This document shows positions 38,801 through 51,250 of a DNA stretch of 64,000 nucleotides, one piece after another. The notes under the pieces were generated by a model. That model ran no database searches, was not told the origin of the DNA, and saw only the letters and a program-made list of their open reading frames with translations. This DNA is from an uncultured cyanobacterium. Lineage in GTDB: Bacteria > Cyanobacteriota > Cyanobacteriia > Cyanobacteriales > Cyanobacteriaceae. The DNA lies in assembly GCA_963710605.1 (NCBI GenBank), contig CAVQBA010000004.1:32001-96000 (forward strand). The letters are read 5' to 3'. Made by a program: the position numbers and the translations under genes. The first letter of the stretch is position 1; each line of letters opens with the position of its first letter.

Positions 38801-39981
38801 GTGATGACACAGATAAAACAATTTACAACCATTATTTATCGTCTATCATTAGTTTTTTTAATTTTAGCAATCAATGGATGTACAGGTGGTAACAGTATAG
38901 AATCTCTTTTTGCTCCTAATTCAGAATTAGAATCTTCTGATTCGGGTGAAACTAAAAATGTTACAAGCGATCGAAACGATACCATGAAAAACAAAACCAG
39001 TTACCGACAGATTTTCCTAAAGATATACCAATTTATGAGTCTGCGGAATTAGTCTCGATCGATCGAGGTGATAGTACATGGTTATCAGACGATCCGATTA
39101 ATTTAGTTTCTAACTTTTATCAGCAACAATTAACCAAACAAGAATGGGAAATTACAACAGAGGAGGAAAACTTAATCGAAGCTCAAAAAGAATCTGATAA
39201 TAGGGTTTTAGATGTATCTTTTACTATCGAAAATGGTCAAACCAAATTTGTTGTTTCTCAAATAGAGAAATCATCCTCAGTTACTTCTAATTCACAAATT
39301 AAACCAAGTACGAAAAATAATAATACTAACAATCAATTACAGAATCAAGATTTACCAGCTAGTTTAGAGCAATTAGTCAAATTAGATATTCTTTCAATTC
39401 CTCAAGACAAAAAATTCAAACCTTACGACACTATTACTCGTCGTCAATATGCTCGATGGTTAGTAGAAACTAATAATCTTTTGTATGCTAATACAAAGAG
39501 TAAATTAATTCTTTTAGCTAAACCTAACAGTAAGCCAATTTTTACAGACGTGCCTAATAGCAATCGTGATTTTGAGGTAATTCAAGCTTTAGCCGAAGTT
39601 GGATTAATTCCTTCTAGCTTAACTCAAGATACAAATGCGATCGCATTCAACCCAGATAAATCCTTAACTAGAGAAGATTTAATTGCTTGGAAAGTACCTT
39701 TAGATTTTCGTCAAAAAATGCCAACTACTACATTAGATAGTATTCAACAAACATGGGGATTTCAAGATGCTAACAAAATAACATCATCAACATGGTCAGA
39801 ATTATATACAGATTGGCAAAACGGTGAAAACGCTAACATTAGAAAAGCCTTTGGTTATATAACTTTGTTTCAACCACAAAAACCTGTTACTTATGAAGAA
39901 GCGGCTGAAGTTTTAAGTAGCTTTGGTTATCAAACAGATGTTAGTTTATTAGCACAAGTCGAACCAGTAAACGCTAACTAA
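38801..39981 (+). CDS. S-layer-homology (SLH) domain lipoprotein (frameshift near 39000)
   Basis: Lipobox-like AINGC; FKPYDTITRRQYARWL, FTDVP, FNPDKSLTREDL, FQPQKPVTYEEAA SLH-type repeats. Confidence 0.8.
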
Positions 39982-40240
39982 TGTTTATGGAAGATTCAAA
40001 TCCTAGCAGAGAAATAATTATCAATTATTAATTCTCTTGACAAGTACATTAATTACTTTATCTGTCCTGCCTTAACTAAATTGAGTCAATCAAAAACTCA
40101 AGGATTAATTTATTGTTACTAATGTTTTTTAGTTGACTCGATCGTGATTTGGAGATGTTTGATAAGTAGATAGGGAAAAACAAAAGCTAGATAAATAGGT
40201 AGTATATTTCATTCAATCAAGATTGAAGAAAAATTAATTC

Positions 40241-43200
40241 TTAAACATTGGTATTAGCTAATCCAACAACCGCATCGTATTTAGGAGAACTTTGATTTAA
40301 CTCTTGGGTTAAACCCCAAGAACCAAATTTATTATCTTGTCTGACATCACTATATGCCACAAATTCTCCGCCACCAATTTCAAACCATTTTTGTAAATAT
40401 TCTTCATAGATTTCTCCCATACGAGGGTCACTATTGAATTTTTCAAACATTTTGATAACACTTGAATCTTGGTCTTTAGAAACTAAATGTTGACCACCTT
40501 CATAAGCAACCAAAGGAAACCATTTTGTTCTTTACTAATCTGGCTATATTCTTCAATACTATTAAAGGTTGCTTGTAATGCACCACCTTCTGGACTGTTA
40601 TCAAAGAAGCCACCTTGGGTTACTTCTTTGTATAATTTGTCAACTCCTCTATCAATATTTTCAGCCCATCTTCTTAGTCTTGTGTTGTTTTTATTGTTAC
40701 CAATATATCCACCAAAATAGGGAGCGATCGCAATTACATCAATACCATATTCTTCGTGAGATAAAGCTGTTCCACCAGCCCAATTATAATCAAGAATTTC
40801 TCTACCATATTCACTTCTTGCTGACCAAGAACCCATAACACCTAGCACACGTTCTTTGTCTTCAGCAAAAACATCGTCCCATATTTGGGTTACTTGAGTT
40901 GTTCTTCTGCTATACCAATCTTCCTTACTTATTCCTTCTAATTCAGCTTGATCTTCTACCCATCGTGCTTGTTGAAAACTTCCATTCCAAACTTCATTAG
41001 AATATTCTATATAAATGTCTAATTCTGAATCAAGATTCTCCTTAACATATTGAGCAAAATTCTGTACATATTCATCTGTTGCCAGATGAGGCATAGTAAA
41101 CCAAGGATTACTATCATTTTGATTGGCTAATTCAACCAGTACTTCAACAGGAACACCTCCTGATTTAAAATATGTGTAATCATCAATGGTAGTTCTATCT
41201 TCCCATTCACTTTGTTCAGAATTATTAGTTTCCATCCAATCCATAAAACGCAGAGTAGTAAAACTATCTATATTTCTAAGAAACTCAGAATTAAACATTT
41301 CTGGTTGCTGAAGATCAAATGCTTGCGTTTGATAAACATCTGCATATTCTTCAGGGACAATACGAATATTTCTTAGATAATTTCCTGTATTATTAGGATC
41401 GGTTTCGATTAAAGAAATTCTAACTAGATTTTCTGAAGATATGGTTTCAATTAAATCTTTTCCTAGTTCAGAAGAAGTTAATTCAGCACCTTCTGAATAA
41501 ATAAGTGTTCCTTCTCCTTCATATAAAACTACATATGCACCATGACTACGTCTATCAACTTTCATTACTGTAGTTACATATTTATAATCAACATTGTCTT
41601 CAGCAGTAGGCAAAGATTTTATCCAACCATTATCGTCTAAATCTAACAAGTCGTATTCTTTGGTATCAAAAGTACCGTTTGTTTGAGTAATCCATTTTCT
41701 TGATGTTTTAAAAATATCCAAGAAAGGATGTTGAGGTGAATAATAAGAAATACCATTAAGATTAACACCAATATCATAAGTAGGATTTTGAATTATAATC
41801 TCGACTGTGCCTGTATCTTTTCTCCCTTGATTATCAATGATTGTGTATTCGAAGCTATCTTGTCCGACGATATTACCATTAGGTACATACAATAATTGTC
41901 CATTTTCTTGAGTAACAACTCCGTTATATGGTTGTGTAAAGTTTTCTATTTGTATATCGGCAGTTGATGAATAAATATCATTATTTAAAACATCAAAAGT
42001 TTTAGAGATTCCTTTTTTTGTCACAATTTGATCATCAAAAACTACAGGGAAAGGATTATTCTTCGGGATTTCGGTGATGACAACATTATCGATTCCGACA
42101 TTAATTCGGTTGTTTCTACCCCATCAGTAAAAAATCTAATCCCAATATATTCGTAACCATTACCAAAATCTGACTAGCTGAGAAAAGGTTGAATAATCAA
42201 ATTGTTGACTAGCAATATTTCCAGTGTCTAGCAAAACCGAATATTCCATCGGTATGTCAGCCCTCCGAGGATTAGGAGCGTCAGTACCAGATACTCCCAT
42301 TCTAAAATCACCGTCAATACCATAAATTTGTAGTCTTAGAGTATTGTCATCATTACCTTGATTAATCGCATCAAAACTAATAAACTGTAAACCTTGATTT
42401 AAACTATTACTAGTAATTATTTGAGTTAAAGCACTTGCTCCTGTATTGTCGGCAGTGACGTTTTCTTGGCTTAAATTTTCAGACCATTTAGAATTACTAC
42501 TAACCAGCCATCCTTGATCAGCATTTCGCCAATCTGAATTTCCAACTTCGATCAAATCTGTTTGAGTAGAATTAAATTGACTATTCAAGACAATGTTTTG
42601 TAACTCTGGAGTTGGATCTGGAGTTGGGTCTGGAGTTGGGTCTGGAGTTGGATCTGGAGTTGTGTTTCTGAAGTTGGATCTGGAGTTGGGTCTGGAGTTG
42701 GGTCTGGAGTTGGATCTGGAGTTGGGTCTGGAGTTGGGTCTGAAGTTGGATTTGGAGTTGGGTCTGGAGTTGGATCTGGAGTTGGATCTGGAGTTGGATC
42801 TGGAGTTGGATCTGGAGTTGGATCTGGAGTTGGGTCTGGAGTTGGGTCTGGAGTTGGATTCGGAGTTGGGTCTGGAGTTGGGTCTGGAGTTGGATCTGGA
42901 GTTGGGTCTGGAGTTGGATCTGGAGCGACAATATCTGCGATTACAACGTTATCGATCGCCATGAATTCGCTTGCTTCTACCCCATTAGTAGAAAATCGAA
43001 TGCCAATATATTCATAACCACTACCAAAATCTACTTGATGAGAAAAGATTGAATAATCAAATTGTTGCTCGGCAATATTTCTAGTGTCTAATAAAACCGA
43101 ATATTCCATAGGTATGCTACTTTTTCGAGCGGTAGGATCATTCATATTAGACTGTCCTCCCATTCTAAAATCACCATTAATACCATACACTTGTAACCTT

Positions 43201-43484
43201 AACATATTATTGTCATCTCCCTGATTGATAGCTTCAAAACTAATCAATTGTAAACCTTGATTTAAACTATCATTAGTAATTACCTGAGTTAAACTACCTG
43301 CTCCTGATTTGCTAGCGGTAGCATTTTCTTGGGTTAGGTTTTGCGACCATTTAGAAGATTGACTTCCTACTAACCATCCCTGATCTGCATTATGCCAACT
43401 TGTATTTGAAACTTCAGTAAAGGTAGTTGTTCCATTAGAATTATTAAAATCGTGATTTAAAACAATGTTTTTAGATGTCAACAT
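40241..43484 (-). CDS. Large extracellular protein: two ~170-aa repeated domains, PT linker, Ig/cadherin-like domain and GH-A-like domain (about four frameshifts)
   Basis: Duplicated W.NADQGWLV..NQGLQ.ISF.AINQG..LRLQ.YGI.GDFRMG domain; GQDSFEYTI; IGVNLNGI, LRFMDW, IEYSNEVWN, AYEGGQHL. Confidence 0.72.
42607..42924 (-). repeat. 12-bp tandem repeat encoding a (DPTP)n linker, about 26 units
   Basis: GGAGTTGG(A/G)TCT units are directly visible. Confidence 0.95.
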
Positions 43485-44200
43485 AAAAGAGTAAATAAAC
43501 TATATGGTAAGCAAATTTTTAAAAGATAGTTAACGCAAATTACTAGTTAATAAACCTAGGAATTTTATTTCGTTAAATTCATATCTATATATTGACCAAT
43601 TAATAAATAATAAAGATCAGCTAAAACATCCAAATTGTTTCTACATATAATATAAAAAAGTACTATTCACTTAATCATTATTACTTAAGTAAAGTGATCA
43701 TTATTTCTTTAATTACCCCTTAATAGCATTTATAATTTATGATTACTATCTATTCATAAAATTACTTATAGGATTAAAAAAAAATTTAAGAGTTATCTTT
43801 TTTTAATTGTCAATTTTAAAAAATATATTAGAAATTAATGATCAAGATTAAATGTTTAAATAATCAAGAAAACTCAACATCACATAAATTTATCTGTATT
43901 AGACATAAATGATTAATAATCTATTTATCGCCAAAACTTATTATTAGTCATAATTGGATAGCCAAAGCTTGTTTAACATTAATGCGATATGTTAAGTGAA
44001 CAGCATATTTAGGACAAAAAAATTAAGTATTAATTGCTCTATTTTTCAAAAAAACTAGAACTTCAGGATGAAAACAAACCTTAAAGTTTAATTCATAACG
44101 TTAAATGCATCTAAAAAAACGAATAAAACACCTAGTGGCTATCAAAATATAATATATAATGACTCATGTTCATTCATTAATCAGGTTACTCACTTAAAGT

Positions 44201-45559
44201 ATGTCTTCTCTTCAAAAAAAAGCTATCAAGCAATCTTTTTGGGTTGTTATTGGCTTCGGTGGCAGTCAGTTTTTACGCTTAATTAGTAATCTTATTCTTA
44301 CTCGATTGTTAATTCCCGAATTATTCGGTTTAATGGCTTTGGTTAATACTTTTATCATGGGATTGTATTTATTTTCGGATATAGGAATAAGACCAAGTAT
44401 TATTAGAAGTTCGAGAGAGATGACCCTATTTTTTTGAATACAGCTTGGACTGTTCAAGTAATTAGAGGAATAGGATTATGGATATGTTGTTTGATAATGA
44501 CTTATCCAATAGCAATGTTTTATGAAGAAACAAAGTTATTATGGCTAATTCCTATAATTGGTTTTACTACAGTTATTTCTGGATTTAACTCTACATTCTT
44601 TTAGCATTACTCAATCGTAATATTAACCTAAAAAAGTTAATTTCGATAGAATTAATCACTCAAATTATCGCTTTGACCATTACAATTATTTGGGCATTTT
44701 TTCAACAATCTATTTGGGCTTTAGTAGTTGGTACTTTTGTTTCTAAAATTATCCAACTGTATTGGAGTTATCTTATATGTGAGATGAAGCATCGTTTTAC
44801 GTGGGAAAAAGAAGCTCATTCAGGAATTAATTTCTTTTGGACGTTGGATATTTTTGTCAACAGCAATTACCTTTTTAGCAACTCAATCAGACAAACTAAT
44901 TTTGGGCAAGTTTTTTCCGTTTAGAAGCACTAGGAGTTTACACTGTTGCTTTCAACTTTGCTAGAAATACCTAAAAAGAATCGTTACTCAATTAGGCGAC
45001 TAATATACTTAATGCCTACTTGTGAGTCAAAAAATAGATTTACCCCGTCAGCAATTGAGGGAAAAAATACTAACTAAGCGAAAATGGTTGTTAAGCATGC
45101 TAGTATGATTGTTTGTCGCTTTTCTGTCTTGCTTTGGAGATTACATTATCTTGCTTTTGTATGACGACAATTATCAAGATGCGGCTTGGATGCTACCGCT
45201 CTTAGCCCTGGGGTTGTGGCCTATTGATTTTAAGCGATAGTATAGCAAAATCCCTTTTTGCCTTGGGTAAGCCTCAGTATCATACCTTTGGGGCTAGTTT
45301 TAAATTTGTTTATATGTCTATATTATTACCATTAGTTTTATCCAATCAAACAATACTGTGGGGAATAGTCGTTATTGCGTTTAACGATTTTCCCCTTTAT
45401 TTATCTGTTAGCTACGGGTTGATGAAAGAAAGTTTGTCCTGTCTTAAACAAGATATTATTTTTACAACTGGCTTAAGTGTACTTATAAGTATTTTTATTA
45501 TTCTGAGATTCTATATATTAGGCACATTACCTGTTTTATTCCAATACAGTGGATATTAA
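44201..45559 (+). CDS. Wzx-like polysaccharide flippase (multiple frameshifts)
   Basis: NLILTRLLIPELFGLMALV..SDIGI, NTAWTVQVIRG, SIWALVVG, QSDKLILG. Confidence 0.75.
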
Positions 45560-45683
45560 TTAGTGCAAATCTAAATATAATTGACGCTACCTAATTATAA
45601 TTATTGTACTATCACAGACAAATTATCATATGCTATGATAACAAACTAATATTACAATCATAAAATTAAGCGTAGATATTCAC

Positions 45684-46290
45684 ATGAAACCCAATAAGAT
45701 ATTTGGTATAGGTTTTCAAAAAACTGGTACTTCAGTCCTTAGGGATTGCTTTAGATATTTTAGGATATAACGTTTGTGGATATAATCCTTTTAGACCATA
45801 TGCTAATTCAAAAGATTTAAGCTCAGAGATTCTTTTAGAAAAATGTTATCAATTGGCGGAAAATCACGACGCTTTTAAAGATACTCCTTGGCCGATTTTT
45901 TATCAAGAATTAGACCAAAAATATTCCCAATAGTAAGTTTATATTAGTTGTTCGTAACACATCTAGCTGGATTGATAGTACAGTTAGAGATTTCGGTGAA
46001 TATCCTAATGCTATTCATCAACTAATTTATGGTGTTAGTTATCCTAAAACAAACGAATCGGTGTGGATAGAGCGTTATGAACAACACAATCAAGAAGTAA
46101 TCGATTATTTTCAAAATCGTTCTGATGACTTTTTAGTTTTAAACCTTAGTCAAAGCGAATTATTCTGGGAAAAAATCTGCACGTTTTTAGACTTAGAAAA
46201 TCCTTAATCAACCATGGCCGAGGGCTAATACAAGAATGAACAAGAAATATCGACTTTTCCTAAATAAGGTTTTGAACAAATTAGGATAAA
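45684..46290 (+). CDS. Sulfotransferase (frameshifted; absent from the ORF track)
   Basis: MKPNKIFGIGFQKTGTS PAPS-binding loop; DTPWPIFYQELD, KFILVVRN, HNQEVIDYF. Confidence 0.75.
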
Positions 46291-46351
46291 TTTCCCTGAA
46301 TAGCTACATTATTTTAATCAATTTGCTGAAATAATACTAAAAATAAAATAG

Positions 46352-47391
46352 ATGAGTAAACAAGTTAAAGTTAGGCTTCCTTCAGGAGTAAATTCGATCG
46401 ATTCTCTGAAAACGTTTACATATCCTTCTCGACTTGCCGCCGCATGGAATCCACATATTATGCACATACAAATACCTGCTTATGAGCTTGAACGTCCAGC
46501 AATAGAAATAAATATTTGCGAAGGTTTTGTTAACAATATTTTTAAGAAAAAAAATTATCCAATGTAAATTTTTTTGCAAAAAAATTTCGGGTAAAAAGTT
46601 CTAAACCGATAGATTTGGGTGATAAATACATTCTTGATGCCCGATATGAAACAGATAAAAATATTGCTCATATAGTTAAAAACGTTGCTCCAGGATTATT
46701 ACCCGCTCAAAAACTACCGCCACAAATCCCTGATATCACAGTTGTATTAAGTGCTGATTGTTCTAAAATGGCAAAAACAGCATATAAGCTTTTAGGTTTT
46801 TCTATTTTGTGTACCGATAAAGATGTAAAAGGAAAAATAATTGATGCACCCACAGGTAGATATGGACAATATGAAGTATGGTACAAAGAGCTTTTCGGTA
46901 AATTGAGTTTTGAAGGATATGAAAAAGATACACCTAAAAGAATTTTTATTTCTCGTAAAGGAAATAGAAGTTTGATTAATGAATCAGAAATAGAAGAGCT
47001 TTTAAACAAGTATGGTTTTAAAAAATTTTATTATGAAGATATTCCAATATCACAACAATGGTCAATTGGTAGAAATGCAGAAGTTATTGTTGGTTTGCAT
47101 GGTGCTGCACTAAGTAGTACTGTCTTAACCAAAATCAACTCAAGTTAATCGAGTTATTTCACCCTGGATATGTTATTGGTGCATTTAGACATATGGTTTA
47201 TGCTGTGGGGGGAAGTTGGTGCGGTGTAACTGGTCAAATCACTGAAGACGTAATTCAAAGTACTAGATTTTCAACACAAAGCTAGAACATTTGCTGGCTC
47301 ATCAACAATAATCGCTCCAAAATCTTTAATAATGGCTTTAGAACATTTAAAAGTAGAGCCGGTGACGTTAATTAATAAAAAAAAGACTTAA
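46352..47391 (+). CDS. Glycosyltransferase family 61 (DUF563)-like protein (frameshifted)
   Basis: RIFISRKGNRSLINESEI, AEVIVGLHGAAL. Confidence 0.72.
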
Positions 47392-47684
47392 CGCTTTTGA
47401 AAGTAGCTTATTTGACGGATTAAATTATTATCAAAAATTTTTTCAACAAACGAAGGTATAAAGGTATTAGAAAAATGGTAAGGTTTGGCAAAATAAAGAA
47501 TATCATTTTTATTTTAGTCAACGATGACGATTGACGAAATTTATCTGAATTTGTTTTTGGTAGGCTAGTTTCTGTTGAAATTGAAATAACTAATTTTCAA
47601 AATAAGATAATTAGAGAAAAAACTGTGGCGAACAATTACAATTAGAAGACGAATTAGACTATAGTTAATAGCAATAATTTTTTA

Positions 47685-48600
47685 ATGAACAAACCTGACT
47701 TTATCATCATCGGTGCGGCAAAAAGCGGTACAACAACTATTTATGAATATCTGTCTTTACATCCTGATATTTATTTAACCACTCCAAAAGAACCCGATTT
47801 TTTTTCTTTGAATCAACACTACAATCGAGGTATTGAACATTATCAATCATTATTTACTCAAGCACAAAGAAAATCAAATTTGTGGAGAAGCTTCAACTAC
47901 ATATTCTCGTTTACAACGCTATCCTGAAACTGTATCGAGAATTGCTCAATATTTGCCGTCAGTCAAATTTATTTACATAATGAGGCATCCTATCAATCGA
48001 GCTTACTCATTTTATTCCTATCGTTTTAAAGGAAGTAGGACTAATTGTGAATTTTTAGCATCTAGAAACGAACTGATGAAAGCTAAAACATTTGAAGAAG
48101 CAATACAACAAACATCTGAATTTATCGATAGTAGTCTTTATCTTGACCAAATAGAAAAGTATTTAGAATATTATCCTCGTGAATCTTTTCTTTTTTTATT
48201 CATAGAAGATTTAATTTCTAATCCTCAAGAAACAGTTACTAAAATTTTTGATTTTTTAGAAGTCGATGTGCCTGCCGATTTTTTTGCGGAAAAAGCGATC
48301 GTCTCTAATCAAAGAAATAATTTTCCTGATTGGTATGTTAAAAAACAATTAACATCGAAATTAAAACAAAACCCCCTGAGTAACAAGTTATTAAAGATAG
48401 TTCCTAAAAACTTGAAAAATATAATTTATCAAACATGGAAACAAAAAAATTATCAACAATGGCAAGAGAAAGAAAGTGAATATCTACCTCCACCAATGCT
48501 AGCCCAAACACGTAAAATGTTATTGGAAAGGTTTCACGAACCTAATCAAAAATTAAGCCAATTTTTGGGACAATCTTTCTCACTGGAACGAATAAAATAA
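47685..48600 (+). CDS. Sulfotransferase (frameshift near 47870)
   Basis: PDFIIIGAAKSGTTT, KEPDFF, GEASTTY, IMRHPINRAYS. Confidence 0.85.
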
Positions 48601-48637
48601 AGTTTAGTACAGATTATTTAAGTAAAAACAAAAAACA

Positions 48638-49476
48638 ATGGTTTCAACACTAACATATCATCTTAATCCCGAATATTTGGATAAACTCGTTCAAGAATAT
48701 CACCAAAAATATATCTCAGCTAAGCCTTTTCCATATGTAATTATCGATAATTTTCTCCCAGAATACGTTTTAGAAGAAATTTTAACCGAATTTCCTTCTC
48801 CCGACGCAATTAAGTGGCAAACATTTGAAAGTTCAGCAGAAAAAAAACTAGCATCCACTTCTGAATTACAAATGGGAGAAGCAACTAGATTTTTGTTGTA
48901 CGAACTTAATTCAAGTATCTTTATCAATTTTTTAGAGCAGTTAACAGGAATAGACGGAATTGTTCCGGAACCCTCATTTTGTTGGTGGTGGTTTACATCA
49001 AATTGAAAAAGGTGGTTTTTTGAAAGTTCATGTTGACTTCAACAAACACAAAAAAATGCATCTCGATAGAAGACTAAATTTGCTAATTTACTTAAATAAA
49101 GATTGGCAAGAAGAATATGGTGGACATTTTGAATTATGGAATCAAGAGATGACTGGTTGCAAAAAAAGTATTACCTATTTTTAATCGCTGTGTAATTTTT
49201 AATACTTCAGATTTTTCTTATCATGGTCATCCTAATCCTTTAGATTGTCCTGAAGATAGAACGAGAAAATCTCTAGCTTTGTATTATTATTCTAATGGAC
49301 GACCTGCTGAAGAAATTTCGGAAAAACACACCACTGTTTTTAAAGAACGTCCAGGAGAAAAATTTATTTCCCGAAAAAATGGATTTAAATCTAAAAGCAA
49401 AATATTAGCGAAAAAATTGTTACCGCCGATTATTTTTGATTTGAAAAAATCTTGGTTTAAATCCAAGAGTGATTAA
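48638..49476 (+). CDS. 2OG-Fe(II) oxygenase (two frameshifts)
   Basis: PFPYVIIDNFL, GGGLHQI..VHVDFN (HxD), LLIYLN, HGHP, RKSLALYYY. Confidence 0.83.
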
Positions 49477-49577
49477 TCTTTGATCATAAATGTTGATTTA
49501 GCTTAGATAGTTAAATCAACAAGTAATTATTTTATGTGTTATAATCCGATTCCGTTCAACCTATTAAATTATAGCTT

Positions 49578-50984
49578 ATGAGTTTTCAAGCACAATTGGT
49601 AATGATTTTATGGATACCGATTGTTTTTTATTTATTTAAGCGTTTTCCTCCTTATCAAGCAATCATCAATTCTTTTATTATTGCTTGGTTGTTTTTGCCT
49701 CAAAGAGCAGGTTTTACTTTTTCAGGTCTTCCAGAATACGATCGAATTTCTGCCACTTGTTTGGGTGTTATCTTGTGTATTCTCACCTTCAAAGTCAAAC
49801 CACCATCACAATTTAAGTTAACTTGGATAGATATACCTATTATTACTTGTAGTATCTCTCCTTTTTTTTCCTCCATTACTAATGGATTAGGTCTTTACGA
49901 TGGTTTATCTACTGGTTTATCTCGGATAATTGTATATGCATTACCCTATTTTGTCGGTCGAATCTATCTTTCTAATTTAAAAATATTATCAAATTTTACT
50001 AAAAGTATCTTGATTAGTGGATTAGTATATGTTCCTCTTTGTCTAATTGAAATAAGGATGAGTCCACAAATGCACAAATGGGTTTATGGTTATGGTGGAA
50101 TTCTCGATTTTAGTCAAAGTATTCGCTATGGTGGATTTCGCCCTTCGGTTTTCCTCAATCATGGTTTGGGTGTAGGAATGTGGATGATGGCAGTTACCCT
50201 CATTGCTTTTTGGTTATGGCAATCAAAAGTAATTAAAAAAGTTTGGGGCGTTCCGATGAAGTTGATAATTATTGTATTAGTTATAACGTTTATCTTAATT
50301 AAATCAACAGGTGCTTATGGATACTTATTATTTGGATTAATAATTTTATTTAGTGCTAAATTTTGGCGTTTTTCTTTTCCTTTGTTAGGGTTATCTTTAT
50401 TGATCTGCTTGTATTTATTTATCGCATCAACAGGACAGTTAACGGTACCAAGAATAAATGCGATGAGTTCGACTTTATCTCAAGTTTTTCCTCAACAAAG
50501 AGTTCAATCATTATCATTTCGCTGGGAAAATGAGTATTACCTAGCTAGAAGAGCATTAAAACAACCTTTGTTTGGATGGGGGGGATGGGGACGAAATCGT
50601 ATTCACGTTGAAACTAACTCAGGAGAATTAGTTGACGTTAGCGTAACTGATAGTCTTTGGATTATCTCATATGGTATTAATGGCTTTTTAGGTTTAGTAA
50701 GTGTTTTTTGTGTGATGCTAGTTCCACCAATTTATTTTTTCTTTAAATATCCTGCTAAGTTGTGGTTCAAACCAGGAGTTGATTCTATGGCAGTACTGAA
50801 TGTAGTTTTAGTTTTATATGCTTTAGATTGCACTTTTAATAATCAATTCAATCCTGTTTTTATTCTCATTTCGGGTGCTATTTCAAGTTGCTTAGCCAAT
50901 AAAACTAAGCAAAATATACTTGAGCCTAAAAAATTAAGAGTAATCAAAGTAATCAACAAAGCATCGGTATCGAAAACAAACTGA
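49578..50984 (+). CDS. O-antigen ligase/Wzy polymerase-like membrane protein
   Basis: Many TM segments; EIRMSPQ, RYGGFRP, RVQSLSFR, PLFGWGGWGR, TDSLWII. Confidence 0.75.
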   Translation: MSFQAQLVMILWIPIVFYLFKRFPPYQAIINSFIIAWLFLPQRAGFTFSGLPEYDRISATCLGVILCILTFKVKPPSQFKLTWIDIPIITCSISPFFSSITNGLGLYDGLSTGLSRIIVYALPYFVGRIYLSNLKILSNFTKSILISGLVYVPLCLIEIRMSPQMHKWVYGYGGILDFSQSIRYGGFRPSVFLNHGLGVGMWMMAVTLIAFWLWQSKVIKKVWGVPMKLIIIVLVITFILIKSTGAYGYLLFGLIILFSAKFWRFSFPLLGLSLLICLYLFIASTGQLTVPRINAMSSTLSQVFPQQRVQSLSFRWENEYYLARRALKQPLFGWGGWGRNRIHVETNSGELVDVSVTDSLWIISYGINGFLGLVSVFCVMLVPPIYFFFKYPAKLWFKPGVDSMAVLNVVLVLYALDCTFNNQFNPVFILISGAISSCLANKTKQNILEPKKLRVIKVINKASVSKTN

Positions 50985-51250
50985 CTAACGTATTATTAAA
51001 AGTATCAAAGAGTTTTATTATTATCTTTTGTAATAAATTAAGTTTATAACTCTTTTTACTAAAAAGTTAATTTAATTAATATAAATCATAATTACAATAA
51101 ATGAAAATGAGATAACGTTGACGAACAAACAACCACTGGTTATATTTCTTGAATATATATTTAGACACATAATATAGCGTAACTAGGTATTTATATCTTA
51201 AATTAGATCAATCTGATTAACAGAATTATTCAAATAAATAAATTAATATT

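Noticed and set aside
42581-42964. ORFs 42581-42931 (QLQT repeats) and 42593-42964 (LELG repeats)
   Set aside because: Alternative-frame and antisense readings of the (DPTP)n linker.
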